Origin: an uncultured Planctomycetia bacterium
GTDB lineage: Bacteria; Omnitrophota; Gorgyraeia; 2-02-FULL-51-18
DNA: 64,000 nt
NCBI GenBank assembly: GCA_964642015.1
Contig: CAZXLF010000005.1
Coordinates: forward strand, 75,847 to 139,846
Direction: 5' to 3'
The position numbers and the translations under genes are program-made. Positions 1 through 9,780 of the stretch are shown in pieces. The notes under the pieces are model-generated. The model was not told where the DNA came from. It made no database searches and saw nothing but the letters and a program-made list of their open reading frames with translations. Position 1 is the stretch's first letter. The number at the start of each line of letters is the position of its first letter.

Positions 1-2473
1 CTGTGGTAGTTACATTAAGATCAATATGATAATTACCTATTGGAACGCCAGTTGCATTCCAAGTGCCCAAAAGTCCATTCACGATCTTTTGAGTACCTCC
101 ATTTGCTAACGTAACGTTTGCTGAAGAGAGCGGTGTGTAATCGGCCTTTAAGATCTGGATCGTGTAACTTTGAAAATTCACAGGGTTCACGATACCGCGA
201 ATCTCGACATTTCCTCCTTTGCGGAAAAAAAGTTTGGGATCGTTACTCGGGCTATACTGAGGATCTGTGATGCTGACCCGGTCAATCCGTACCAAGATCC
301 TATCTTCGAAAACCTGGCCTTTCTGATTGGTCGCCGTAAGACGAATGGTTTTGAATCCATCGGTGATCGACGTAATATCCCAGGTTTTGGGCTGAGTAGG
401 TGGCGATGTTCCTTGTTCTATAAGTGTCCAAGACGAGGGATTTGGTGTATCGGCAGAAGTATCCCCATAATACATTTTCCAGCTAACTAGTCCCGTTCCC
501 TCTAGTGTATATTGAATTGGGATCGAGTTTCCAGACCATACCTTAGTCGTGGGCGACAGAATATGAACGCCTATCGGTTGATCGACTGACAATGCCTTCA
601 GGGCATTGACTCTTCCATAACCAGATTGATAATCGTACCCAGGAGTCGAAACATCATCCGTTCCAAAACGGATAGCTTGACGGACTTGCTCTACGGTAAA
701 TACGGGATGTAATGCTTTCACAAGCGCTGCCACACCGGCCACCTCAGGCGATGCCATAGAAGTACCACTCTGGCGAAGATAGTTACCGCTACTATCTGGT
801 ACACGAAGAGCGCCGTTACCCGTAAAATCACTAGTTGCCTGCGAAGCGCAAAGAGAGAGAACGGATTGAGCTTGAGTGCCCGACGAAAGCGTGTAGGATT
901 GGTCTCCTCCGCCTGGAGCTCCTACGTCAATTTTTGGACCAAAATTGGAAAAAGCAGCGACCGTATCACTTGAATCAGTGGCAGCAACTGTAATAACATC
1001 GCTGATATTGGCTGGTTCAGTACCTCCATCATCCTGTGTTCCAACATCACTCGTGCTGTTTCCAGCGGCACAGACGACGACGACATTATATCCTGTCGCA
1101 TAATGCACTGCGTCCAAGATAATTCCCTGTGCCGCGCCGGGGGCTCCCCAACTGCAATTTACTATGTCTGCCCCATGATCGACCGCATAATGAATTGTCT
1201 GGGCCAAATCTGTGATGAGTCCTGTACCATTTGCGCCAATTCCTTTGACAGCCATAATCAGCGCATAAGGAGCAACTCCAATTATTCCAGTTGAATTGTT
1301 ACCCGCTGCCGCAATAATCCCGGCGACATGCGTACCATGTCCATGATCGTCCATAGGGTCGGTAGTACCTGAAACAAAATTGTATCCGTGAGTTCCATCA
1401 GGAGCGCTCCAAATGGTTGAATCCGGGTTGCCTTGATCGTTGATAAATTTAAAGTCGGGATGGTTATAATCAACCCCCGTATCCGAGACAGCGACAACTA
1501 TCCTTTTACCGCTTGCGGTCTTGCCTTTAGTAATATCCCAAGCCTGAGCATTTTGCATCTTCTTTGTTGGCCACATATCATAAACAGTAGCAGGCTGTCC
1601 CCATGAGCCCGAACTAGAAAAATAAGGGTCGTTTGGATTCCAGCTTGCCTTCATATAAGAGTTGCGATGGGCATATTCTACGTCAGAGCTGTCTTTATAA
1701 CTTTTTTCTATCTCGTCTACATTTTGAGATTCATTGAATTTAAGGACATAAATCTGGTCTAGGGCGGGAGGATCAACATTGCGATTTTTAAACGATTCAT
1801 TCATGGCTTTGAGTTTTGCCGCTTTAGCTTCCCACTTTTCCAGTTCATCGTTTAACGCTTTTTTTTCAGTTTCAATCTTCTTTTGATACTTTTTATAATC
1901 GTCCGAATCTTTATCGTTCTGCCAATACCAAACTTCATGAGTTTCCGTCAGCTTCTCGATCTTTTTCTTTACACGAGACACCTGTTCATTGGGATCTAAA
2001 TAGCCTGGGAAAGCCTTGTCAACAGAAGTAACTTTAAATTTATCATTGAGAGCTTGTATATCGGATATTGTGTGGCCTTCTTTTAATTTAACAACCAATT
2101 CCCCTTGCTTATAACTGGGTTCTTGATCACGTCCGTTTGACACTATACCGCTCGTGGAAGATGTAGGATTAGAAGCGGCATCCATCGATTCAGAGAAAGG
2201 AAAAGTGTTTGTGTTAGATGTTACCGAAGTACTCAAAGAAGCTTTATTGGGGTCGGCATTTTCTGTTCCGTTTATTTTTTGTATGACAGACACCCGATCA
2301 TCGGTTGCACTACTCGATGTGAAAACTCTTGGAAGACTTGGAGAGCCGTCGCTTGATGCTTTAGCAAAAGCTTTAACAATATCATCTCTATATACAGAAA
2401 CGGAAAATAAAAGGAATGAAATAGAAAGGAAAACACAAATAGTTTTATAAAGTATTCTATTTAAATTTTTCAT
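1..2473 (-). CDS. Subtilisin-like S8 serine protease precursor. Start is at 2473; the 3' end runs off the window.
   Basis: Read by eye. A continuous minus-strand frame runs from the ATG at 2471-2473 to position 1 with no stop, which is why it is absent from the ORF track. It begins with an N-terminal signal peptide. The catalytic triad motifs are VAVSDTGVDYNHPD (Asp), HGTHVAGIIAA (His) and GTSMASP (Ser). Confidence 0.85.
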   Translation of the reverse strand, partial: MKNLNRILYKTICVFLSISFLLFSVSVYRDDIVKAFAKASSDGSPSLPRVFTSSSATDDRVSVIQKINGTENADPNKASLSTSVTSNTNTFPFSESMDAASNPTSSTSGIVSNGRDQEPSYKQGELVVKLKEGHTISDIQALNDKFKVTSVDKAFPGYLDPNEQVSRVKKKIEKLTETHEVWYWQNDKDSDDYKKYQKKIETEKKALNDELEKWEAKAAKLKAMNESFKNRNVDPPALDQIYVLKFNESQNVDEIEKSYKDSSDVEYAHRNSYMKASWNPNDPYFSSSGSWGQPATVYDMWPTKKMQNAQAWDITKGKTASGKRIVVAVSDTGVDYNHPDFKFINDQGNPDSTIWSAPDGTHGYNFVSGTTDPMDDHGHGTHVAGIIAAAGNNSTGIIGVAPYALIMAVKGIGANGTGLITDLAQTIHYAVDHGADIVNCSWGAPGAAQGIILDAVHYATGYNVVVVCAAGNSTSDVGTQDDGGTEPANISDVITVAATDSSDTVAAFSNFGPKIDVGAPGGGDQSYTLSSGTQAQSVLSLCASQATSDFTGNGALRVPDSSGNYLRQSGTSMASPEVAGVAALVKALHPVFTVEQVRQAIRFGTDDVSTPGYDYQSGYGRVNALKALSVDQPIGVHILSPTTKVWSGNSIPIQYTLEGTGLVSWKMYYGDTSADTPNPSSWTLIEQGTSPPTQPKTWDITSITDGFKTIRLTATNQKGQVFEDRILVRIDRVSITDPQYSPSNDPKLFFRKGGNVEIRGIVNPVNFQSYTIQILKADYTPLSSANVTLANGGTQKIVNGLLGTWNATGVPIGNYHIDLNVTTT

Positions 2474-2681
2474 TTTTCTTAATATTTTTTTCCATTTTAT
2501 TTATATCCTTTAATAGACTATAAACTTATTTAAACTATTTAATAAGTAGCTTACATTTATATTTTTTAGAATTCAATGGAAGCTTTGATGTTTTTAACAA
2601 TAAACTTTATATAAGTACTTATAAATAAAAGAGTAATATAAATGATTATTTAAGATAATAGTATAGGATGGGTTTACTTGA

Positions 2682-3170
2682 CTACTGCTCTTTTGAGGGA
2701 GTTACTACAACACGGCCGAGATCGACCTTTTCGAGGTTCTCGGAGGCGATGAGAGCAGCTTGTTGCGTGGTGACCTTATTGAAAGTTTCCTTAAGTTCTT
2801 TATACCTAGACTCAGCGGTTGACAGAGAACTCTCAATGTTCTCTATTTTTTGATTGAATAATGACAAAGAAACCGCCTGGGAACCATATTCATGGATCGT
2901 CTGGCGCAAAGTGGAAATATCATCATTTTCCCCGGTTACTTTTCCATTTAATGCATCCAAAGTTGTTTTCATTGACTGCACGTCTGTCCTTAAACTATTT
3001 AGGTTAGTTTCAAAAGATTTGATCGAATTATCTAAGAGCTGCAAATCTTTTGTTAAATTTAATATCTCAGATCTATGGTTTTCCAATGTCCTATAACCCT
3101 TGTTCGCTGAAAACACCAAAAAGACAAGCGTAACGATACCAAATATTGCCGTTAGATATGATCGCTTCAA
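2682..3170 (-). CDS. Membrane-anchored coiled-coil protein, last gene of the secretion cluster.
   Basis: It has an N-terminal TM helix followed by a Leu/Gln/Ser/Thr-rich heptad-like sequence. No recognisable family. Confidence 0.4.
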   Translation of the reverse strand: MKRSYLTAIFGIVTLVFLVFSANKGYRTLENHRSEILNLTKDLQLLDNSIKSFETNLNSLRTDVQSMKTTLDALNGKVTGENDDISTLRQTIHEYGSQAVSLSLFNQKIENIESSLSTAESRYKELKETFNKVTTQQAALIASENLEKVDLGRVVVTPSKEQ

Positions 3171-3186
3171 GAGTCCTTCTCCTAGT

Positions 3187-5112
3187 TTATTCGTACTGCA
3201 ATGTCACTATAAAATTTTCCGTATCTTTTTTTATAAAAGGAGGGAAAGGATCAAAAGGCGCGGCCTGCTTAACTCGTCGAATGGAATCTTCCCCGATCTC
3301 TGGACTTGATGATAAAACACTCTCAGGTTCTCCGGCGATCTCTCCGTCACGTTTAAGTCGAAAAAAAACTTTCGCCATTCCCTTTTTATCCTGGATATCA
3401 GAGCTCGGAATGCTTTCTATCTTCTTGACCAGATCTCCATAATATTTTTTCTTTTCGATTTCTTCCGTATTGCCGTCGGGCAATTCTAATTTCTTATGAT
3501 ATTCATCCTTTACTAGCTGTTCTTTGTCCAAATGAAACCGTGCTCCTTCTTTAGGTGTCATTTGACTCATATCATTGATGCCCTTTTCTGAATTGATCAC
3601 ATGCGGCGTCAAAAGGATCACTAAATCAGATGCATCCTGTTCATTGCTTTGATTTTTAAATCCATTACCTATGATCGGCATATCACCGATAAAAGGAACG
3701 CGTCTTTCAGTTTTGATCGATGATTCTTTCTTTAGACCACCTATAATGAGCGTCACCCCGTCCTTTACCCGAACTGAAGTTTCCGTTTCAGCAGTAGTAA
3801 CGATCGGTATCTTTTCTCCTTTGGCTGTTAATAAAGAATCATCCGCTGAACTCACTTCCGGCTTGATCTTCATCGTCACAAAGCCATTATCATTGATCGT
3901 CGGCGTCACATATAACTTGATTCCGACGTCAATGAAATTAATGGTCTCAGATGTAGTGACAACTCCCCCATCTCCGGTAACTGTGGTTTGTTGCGCATAA
4001 GGTTGACGTGTCCCTACAAGGATCTTAGCTTCCTGGTTATTTAAAACCGTTACTCTCGGGCTTGAAAGTATCTTTGTATCACCAACCGTTCGGAGTAGAT
4101 CGATGATGGATTTATATTCTCCCGGAGAAGTAGGTGTCGCTGTGGAAGACTGGGCTGTCACTCCTAGAAAGATTTTATTCACCGCATCTGTGCTGGGAAG
4201 CGCAGATTGCAGCCTCAAGTTCTGACGAAAAAAATATTCCCAGTCCACACCCATTTCAAATTTACTATTAGGCTTCACTTCTACAACTTGTGCATCAATC
4301 AATACCTGCGGAGATTGTTTATCAAAATTTTGGATAAGCTTTTCAAGAGCCGGCATTTTAGCCACATAATCGGTCACGGCGATTTGATTGGTCCGCTCGT
4401 CGATCCGAACAGATCCCACTCCTTTGGTGATTTCATCCTGGATCTTCGCTCCCAATTTATCCGCTTGACCGTAATAAAGCGGAAATATCTTCGTCGTGAC
4501 AGGCAAATCGATTTGATGAAGCACCTCAACCATTTTATCGGCTTTCAAAGGATCATCGATCAGGATCACTAAATTGGCATTTGCGTCCGGGATTATTTTA
4601 CCGAATGAACTTTTCAGCTGCGAGATCGTTTTCGCTGCCTCTTCCGCTTTAGCATATTTTAGCATTACCGTGCGTACGGCTTTCTTTTGATAACTATCTC
4701 CATGCAGTCCTTCGTAATCGCTTCTCGTCATCACATAAAAAATGCCGTCATTGTTTTCGTAGGCCAATTCGTTACTGTAGATCAAAATATCAAAAGCGTC
4801 TTGAAGACTAACATTTTTCAGGAAAAGCGTCACGCGACCGGTGACATTCTTCCCAACGGAAATGTTCATATTATAATTCGAGGCGAATATCTTAAGCACT
4901 TCTATGATATCCATACCACGCACATCGAGATTGATCTTTTCCGGCACAGGAGGCTGAATCGATGAGAGGCCCTTATCATTCGTCGGTAAAGAAACGGGCC
5001 CTTCGGCTGCGATGACCGCAGAAGAAAATAAAATCGCGACACTCGCAAAAATGATCGAAGCCGGTTTCAATCTCATGACTTTATATAGCTCTAATCTAAA
5101 GGGCAAGGTCAT
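3187..5112 (-). CDS. gspD: Outer-membrane secretin (T2SS GspD / T4P PilQ family).
   Basis: The N-terminus has an N0/STN-like segment (MDIIEVLKIFASNYNMNISVGKNVTGRVTLF). The C-terminus has the secretin core (SPRVTVLNNQEAKILVGTRQPY...GIKLYVTPTINDNGFVTMKIKPEVSS...DLVILLTPHVI). Confidence 0.85.
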   Translation of the reverse strand: MTLPFRLELYKVMRLKPASIIFASVAILFSSAVIAAEGPVSLPTNDKGLSSIQPPVPEKINLDVRGMDIIEVLKIFASNYNMNISVGKNVTGRVTLFLKNVSLQDAFDILIYSNELAYENNDGIFYVMTRSDYEGLHGDSYQKKAVRTVMLKYAKAEEAAKTISQLKSSFGKIIPDANANLVILIDDPLKADKMVEVLHQIDLPVTTKIFPLYYGQADKLGAKIQDEITKGVGSVRIDERTNQIAVTDYVAKMPALEKLIQNFDKQSPQVLIDAQVVEVKPNSKFEMGVDWEYFFRQNLRLQSALPSTDAVNKIFLGVTAQSSTATPTSPGEYKSIIDLLRTVGDTKILSSPRVTVLNNQEAKILVGTRQPYAQQTTVTGDGGVVTTSETINFIDVGIKLYVTPTINDNGFVTMKIKPEVSSADDSLLTAKGEKIPIVTTAETETSVRVKDGVTLIIGGLKKESSIKTERRVPFIGDMPIIGNGFKNQSNEQDASDLVILLTPHVINSEKGINDMSQMTPKEGARFHLDKEQLVKDEYHKKLELPDGNTEEIEKKKYYGDLVKKIESIPSSDIQDKKGMAKVFFRLKRDGEIAGEPESVLSSSPEIGEDSIRRVKQAAPFDPFPPFIKKDTENFIVTLQYE

Positions 5113-5689
5113 ATTTTTCCCCTTTATAGTTCAGTGTAACACGGCCGGAAGTCACCTTTTCTATCTGAAAGGAATCTATTGTATCTCCCTCTCTAACATA
5201 AAATACTTTTTGGATTTTCTTATTTTCGATCACCGCTTGCGGATTTTTTCCATCTATGACCGCGACTAAATTAAGATCTTTGAATGCCTCAGAGCTAGTT
5301 TGATTTGAGGCGGTTCCCGAATCAGCGCTTCCTCCTAGCGGTTCAAACACGTTCCTTCTAGAAATTTCGGCAATAAATGCTTGTTTTGACAAAGGCTCTT
5401 TCAAAGCGTTCGCGTCGTCCTGAGATGGGGAAGAAAAGCTTCTAGCATTCTCCCTGACATTATCGCTGGGTTTATAAGGAAATATGAATGTGTATACCAA
5501 AAATGATGCGGATAAAAAAAGAGCTAAAAAAATGATATTCTGCGGGTGAAGCCATTTGACTTTTCGCAAAAGACCTAAAGAGATTTGCTGATGTGGGGCG
5601 TACTCGGAGGCCGATCTCGCATCTTTCTTTTTTTCCTTCTCTCCGGCTCGGATCAGATGGAGAAGTTTTTCCTCTGGTGTCGGGCTCAT
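5096..5689 (-). CDS. GspC/PilP-like secretin-interacting protein (TM plus C-terminal beta domain).
   Basis: It has a single TM helix. The C-terminal roughly 60 aa (LVAVIDGKNPQAVIENKK...FQIEKVTSGRVTLNYKGEKYDL) look like a PilP/HR-type fold. The gene sits immediately upstream of the secretin with a 17-nt overlap. Confidence 0.4.
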   Translation of the reverse strand: MSPTPEEKLLHLIRAGEKEKKKDARSASEYAPHQQISLGLLRKVKWLHPQNIIFLALFLSASFLVYTFIFPYKPSDNVRENARSFSSPSQDDANALKEPLSKQAFIAEISRRNVFEPLGGSADSGTASNQTSSEAFKDLNLVAVIDGKNPQAVIENKKIQKVFYVREGDTIDSFQIEKVTSGRVTLNYKGEKYDLAL

Positions 5690-6507
5690 TATACGGCAAC
5701 CTCGTCACAGAGCACGCTGCGGACCAGTTCTTGATCAATAGACGATCTTTCTAAAATGATCGATTGCTTTAATGCATCATGACACAACATCGCAATACGT
5801 CTAGGGTAACCCTGGGTCTTTTCATAGATGAGCTGCACTGCTCCATCCGTGAACAATGGTTGTTTATCGGCGTAACCCGCCTTTTTTAAGCGGAACTCGA
5901 TCATACGAGCCGTATCTTTTTCATCGAGAGGATTGATCGTATATTTCAAGGCAACTCGATCCATAAAATTCCTAACCCGTTGAATCCTCTGAAAAAGTTC
6001 CATCTGGCCCATGATAACTAACTGAAGTAATTTGTAATTATTCGTCTCGTAATTCAAAAGCATTCTCAAAACTTCAAGATTTTCCGTCGATATTTTTTGG
6101 CTCTCATCAATGATTAGAATGATCACTTGATCTTCTTCCACGCCTTTTTGAAAAAGATATTTTTCTATCGCTTCCTTAAAATCGAGCGTCGAACGGAACG
6201 GCGGTTCAATATCGAATAATTTGGTAAGAGAAAAAAGGAATTGATATTCCGATTTGCATCCCGGATCCAGGATCATATGGAATATATAATTGGGGTCATC
6301 CTTAAAAGCTTTGATCAGCATCCGAGATAGAGTCGTTTTCCCGGTACCAACGTCTCCGAATACAAGATTGAGCCCCCGCCGAAGACGGATCGAAATTTCG
6401 AGGCGACGTAATGCAGTCTCGTGGCTTGTGGAATGGTAAAAAAAATCCGGATCCGGACTAGTTGAAAACGGCTCTAAATCAAGTCCTAAGGCTCTATAGT
6501 AACTCAT
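5689..6507 (-). CDS. ExeA/GspA-like AAA+ ATPase, cytoplasmic domain only.
   Basis: Walker A is GDVGTGKTT and Walker B is VIILIIDESQ. At 272 aa it lacks the TM and peptidoglycan-binding half of full-length ExeA. Confidence 0.6.
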   Translation of the reverse strand: MSYYRALGLDLEPFSTSPDPDFFYHSTSHETALRRLEISIRLRRGLNLVFGDVGTGKTTLSRMLIKAFKDDPNYIFHMILDPGCKSEYQFLFSLTKLFDIEPPFRSTLDFKEAIEKYLFQKGVEEDQVIILIIDESQKISTENLEVLRMLLNYETNNYKLLQLVIMGQMELFQRIQRVRNFMDRVALKYTINPLDEKDTARMIEFRLKKAGYADKQPLFTDGAVQLIYEKTQGYPRRIAMLCHDALKQSIILERSSIDQELVRSVLCDEVAV

Positions 6508-6715
6508 TTTTTATCTGCCGAATCGATAGCCCATCTTTTCTCATTCGACGGATCTTAAGGAGAACATGCACGCTATCTTCGTTAAAATAACGATAACCTG
6601 TTTCAGGACTTCGTGCCACCTCCTTAAAGAGACCATCCCTTAAGTAATATTTAAGAGTGTGAACAGAAAAACCTGTACGGCGCGCTAAATCTTTTAAAAG
6701 ATAGACTTCCTGGAT
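6494..6715 (-). CDS. Small MerR-family HTH protein (DNA-binding domain only) with an apparent non-canonical ATC start.
   Basis: Translated by eye: IQEVYLLKDLARRTGFSVHTLKYYLRDGLFKEVARSPETGYRYFNEDSVHVLLKIRRMRKDGLSIRQIKNELL. AGGAGG lies 5 nt upstream of the ATC. An in-frame TAG sits directly upstream, so no ATG/GTG/TTG start is available. The 3' end overlaps the exeA-like start by 14 nt. It is absent from the ORF track. Confidence 0.4.
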   Translation of the reverse strand: MQEVYLLKDLARRTGFSVHTLKYYLRDGLFKEVARSPETGYRYFNEDSVHVLLKIRRMRKDGLSIRQIKNELL

Positions 6716-6814
6716 AAAAGCCTCCTGCTATCACTCTCTGACCAGAGAGTATATCAAAAAAAGCAAAAATTAACAAAATTATTAAATTTATAGTTATTTA
6801 TACAAAAGGCAAAT

Positions 6815-7336
6815 CTATGGCGAGTACGGGGAATAGAAAACAGAAACGATAAAAGAAGCATCCAGGTTATTAGAACCTATTTGAGACCCAATCGATAATC
6901 TTTCTATTCGAAAACTCGATAACGGTTGATCGAGCTCAAATATAAAGCCTGAAACTTTATCCGCTTGCCCTCGTATCCGTAAATTGATCAATATCTGCTT
7001 AAAAGATTTAAGTTGTTTGACACTTTCGGCGTCGGGGCGTATTTCTAAGACTTCAACATTATTCTCATGAGCGATCGTTTCGATAGACGACAGAATATCG
7101 GATGATTCTTTGAAAAATTTCAATGCAGATCCAGATCCTGACGGAACTGATAGATTCTTTTGATATTGATGGTATTTGAAGATTCTTTTCTGAACGGTAA
7201 TGATTTCTTTGCCCATCTTGGAATAATGATCGATAAAAGGCGAAAGAGCAAATTGATAAAAAAAAGCTAGAATGATAACTATCCCAGTCGCTACAAGAAT
7301 ATACCGTTCTCTTTCTGACAGACCCTTTTTTTCCAT
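6815..7336 (-). CDS. gspM: T2SS protein M / PilO-like.
   Basis: 173 aa with an N-terminal TM helix. Size and position, directly after gspL, fit GspM. Confidence 0.5.
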   Translation of the reverse strand: MEKKGLSERERYILVATGIVIILAFFYQFALSPFIDHYSKMGKEIITVQKRIFKYHQYQKNLSVPSGSGSALKFFKESSDILSSIETIAHENNVEVLEIRPDAESVKQLKSFKQILINLRIRGQADKVSGFIFELDQPLSSFRIERLSIGSQIGSNNLDASFIVSVFYSPYSP

Positions 7337-7361
7337 TTAAATGACCTTGTTCTCTATTATT

Positions 7362-8768
7362 TTAAGAACGCTTCGCACATACGATCTCAAAATCGACAGC
7401 CCCTGCATCGCGCCTGGTTATATAACGCACAGAGGCTTCAAAATCTTTTAAAATATCCGAATGATTTAGACTCGATACAAATCTTAAGAGATCATTATAA
7501 TCTTGCGCTCTTCCGCGTAACTCGATCGTGTTAGATTCTTCATACAAAAAATTTATAAGAGATATATTCTCGGGAAGCAGTTTATGAACTTCATAATAGG
7601 CGTAAACAGCCCTTGGCTGTTTTTCAAAATGATCTTTCAAAACTTCACGAGATCTTTCCATTTCTTCAAATACTTTGGTATCGGAAATAGTACTTTTAGA
7701 CTCGGTCTTTAGATGCCTAAGATAAGACGCTCTTATTTGAAAAATATGGAAAAACGAAACCCCCAACAGAAAAATAACCAAGGCGATCAATGATAAAATT
7801 TTGATTCGTTGATTTATTTCTTTATGTTTTTCCCTTTGTTGCCTTATTTTTTCAGGAATAAAATTAAGAGCGGGCTTAATGTCAGAAACGCCTAAAGCCG
7901 AAATGGGAAAATGTTCGATTTCGGCATTTTCCGGAAGCATGATCTTTTCATCGACCCATTGGGCGGTGTTCAATGGCATCGTTTCACAGACCAATCCCAG
8001 AGAAGACAAATCGGCGCTTGCTGCTTCAGCTTCTCTCTTTGACCCAAAAATGACGGTTTTTTCTATTTTAGAATCCAAATTCTCTTTTTTTAAAGATTGT
8101 ATGATCTGCAGGACCGCTGATCTAAGGTCACTTATCCAATCCGCGTTATTCCTGTCAAGACGCACGCATTTTTCAAGCAAAAGCACCTGATCCTTGCTCA
8201 CTGCCAATTCAGCAAAAAAATGACCCAATTCAATGGACAAAATGGATCCCTGGACAGAAAGAAAATTTCTTTTTGTGACGCAAGCAAGCCCGCTTGTTGA
8301 AAGCGTCACGAATATATTCCGCCTTCTTTTCATGAACGAATCCGCAAAAAAACGTTCTATGACCTTGGCCGGTACGATAACAAGGTGGACATGAGAATAG
8401 TTGTCTTCCGTTTTCTCGATTATTTCATAACCGATGGTCAATTCCTCCGATTGATAAGGCAAATATTTTGATGCTTGGAACCCAAGCATCTTTTCTATCT
8501 CGATCGGATCATGAGTGGGGACTTTCACATATCTGAATGTATAATCGAGAGCTGACAAAAGCACGATAACAGGCTCACCTCGATAGTTTTCCATCCTTAA
8601 GAATTCGTCCACCGCGAGTTCCAGTCTCTTGTCGTCGGAAAAATCTCCTGCTATAAAATGATAAAAAGATAATTTAGGCGGATCGGTCTTGGAGAAGGAA
8701 CATCTTAAAAGTTCAAGCCCCAGATTCTTGGATATTTTCACTACAAAATAATTCTTTAAGCGTACCAC
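7362..8768 (-). CDS. gspL: T2SS protein L (PilM-like cytoplasmic domain, TM, then PilN-like periplasmic domain).
   Basis: 468 aa. The cytoplasmic N-terminal domain is followed by a TM helix (ILSLIALVIFLLGVSFFHIF) and a periplasmic tail. It overlaps gspK. Confidence 0.6.
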   Translation of the reverse strand: MVRLKNYFVVKISKNLGLELLRCSFSKTDPPKLSFYHFIAGDFSDDKRLELAVDEFLRMENYRGEPVIVLLSALDYTFRYVKVPTHDPIEIEKMLGFQASKYLPYQSEELTIGYEIIEKTEDNYSHVHLVIVPAKVIERFFADSFMKRRRNIFVTLSTSGLACVTKRNFLSVQGSILSIELGHFFAELAVSKDQVLLLEKCVRLDRNNADWISDLRSAVLQIIQSLKKENLDSKIEKTVIFGSKREAEAASADLSSLGLVCETMPLNTAQWVDEKIMLPENAEIEHFPISALGVSDIKPALNFIPEKIRQQREKHKEINQRIKILSLIALVIFLLGVSFFHIFQIRASYLRHLKTESKSTISDTKVFEEMERSREVLKDHFEKQPRAVYAYYEVHKLLPENISLINFLYEESNTIELRGRAQDYNDLLRFVSSLNHSDILKDFEASVRYITRRDAGAVDFEIVCAKRS

Positions 8769-9766
8769 TTTAACCGATCCTGGCTTCTTATATAAAATAC
8801 GGTGAGATCTTTTTTTACGCTTCCTGCGGTGCCTCGGACATGAATATTAAAATTATCAGAATCCGCCTTGATCCATCCGAGAGAAATGGTTTGTTTGACC
8901 AATTTTGTTCTTGGGTCATCTGCAACTGACCCTAGGCCTAATTTAGCGGCGATGACACGAGCATCCATATCATCGGAAGAAAAATATTGCCCCCCCTGTC
9001 TATAGTTGAGCACTGATCGAGCGAGATTTTCTGCGTCCATCTCAGTAATATCCAATTTTCCAATACTATTTAAATACTCATCATATGCCGCTTTGAACAG
9101 GCTTCGCAACACATATTCACTGGCCGTATTGATATTGATCTTATCCGTGCCAAGGGTCGTAAACCCTTCTTTTATCTGATCGAGAATATCCTCGTCCAGA
9201 CCGTAAAAACTTTTTACCAAAGCCAATTCATCCAAAACAGAAAAGTCGGATGCTTTGCACTCATACCCAAGCTGGCCCTTATAATAATTCTCCGATTCTT
9301 TATCGAGAGCTTCGGCTCCCCGCCACATTCGGATGTCCTTAGCGCCTAACGCGCTTTGTATTTCGTTAAAACCGCACTCTCTGAGAAATCTTCTGATCAA
9401 GGATTCAGGCGCTTTATTAATATTGATCTTCCCATCTTCTTCTCTTATTCCATAATAGGTCCCATCTTTGTTCTCATAAAAAATGCTCCCTAAAACGCTG
9501 TTTTCTTTGTCTATTTCTATTTTTTTAAAAGCCTCGTTTTTTGCCCATATTTCATTAAGGTGATCCTGTGAACTTTCCCGACCGTCCTGTATCAGACAAA
9601 GCTGTGCCATCCCTATCGCGGATCGAGCTGCCGCATAGGAACGCACTTCATCCAAAGAAGCTGATGCAATCCTGAGCGTTTGAGATACCTGAAAAGCCAA
9701 GCTGATACATACAAGCGTCAATAGAACCAACGCCCAAACACAAATGATCAATACCGATCCCTTCAT
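8756..9766 (-). CDS. gspK: T2SS minor pseudopilin K.
   Basis: N-terminal TM helix. The ININTASEYVLRSL HhH-like motif is typical of GspK. 336 aa. Confidence 0.75.
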   Translation of the reverse strand: MKGSVLIICVWALVLLTLVCISLAFQVSQTLRIASASLDEVRSYAAARSAIGMAQLCLIQDGRESSQDHLNEIWAKNEAFKKIEIDKENSVLGSIFYENKDGTYYGIREEDGKININKAPESLIRRFLRECGFNEIQSALGAKDIRMWRGAEALDKESENYYKGQLGYECKASDFSVLDELALVKSFYGLDEDILDQIKEGFTTLGTDKININTASEYVLRSLFKAAYDEYLNSIGKLDITEMDAENLARSVLNYRQGGQYFSSDDMDARVIAAKLGLGSVADDPRTKLVKQTISLGWIKADSDNFNIHVRGTAGSVKKDLTVFYIRSQDRLKWYA

Positions 9767-9780
9767 TTTTTGTCCGCTTC

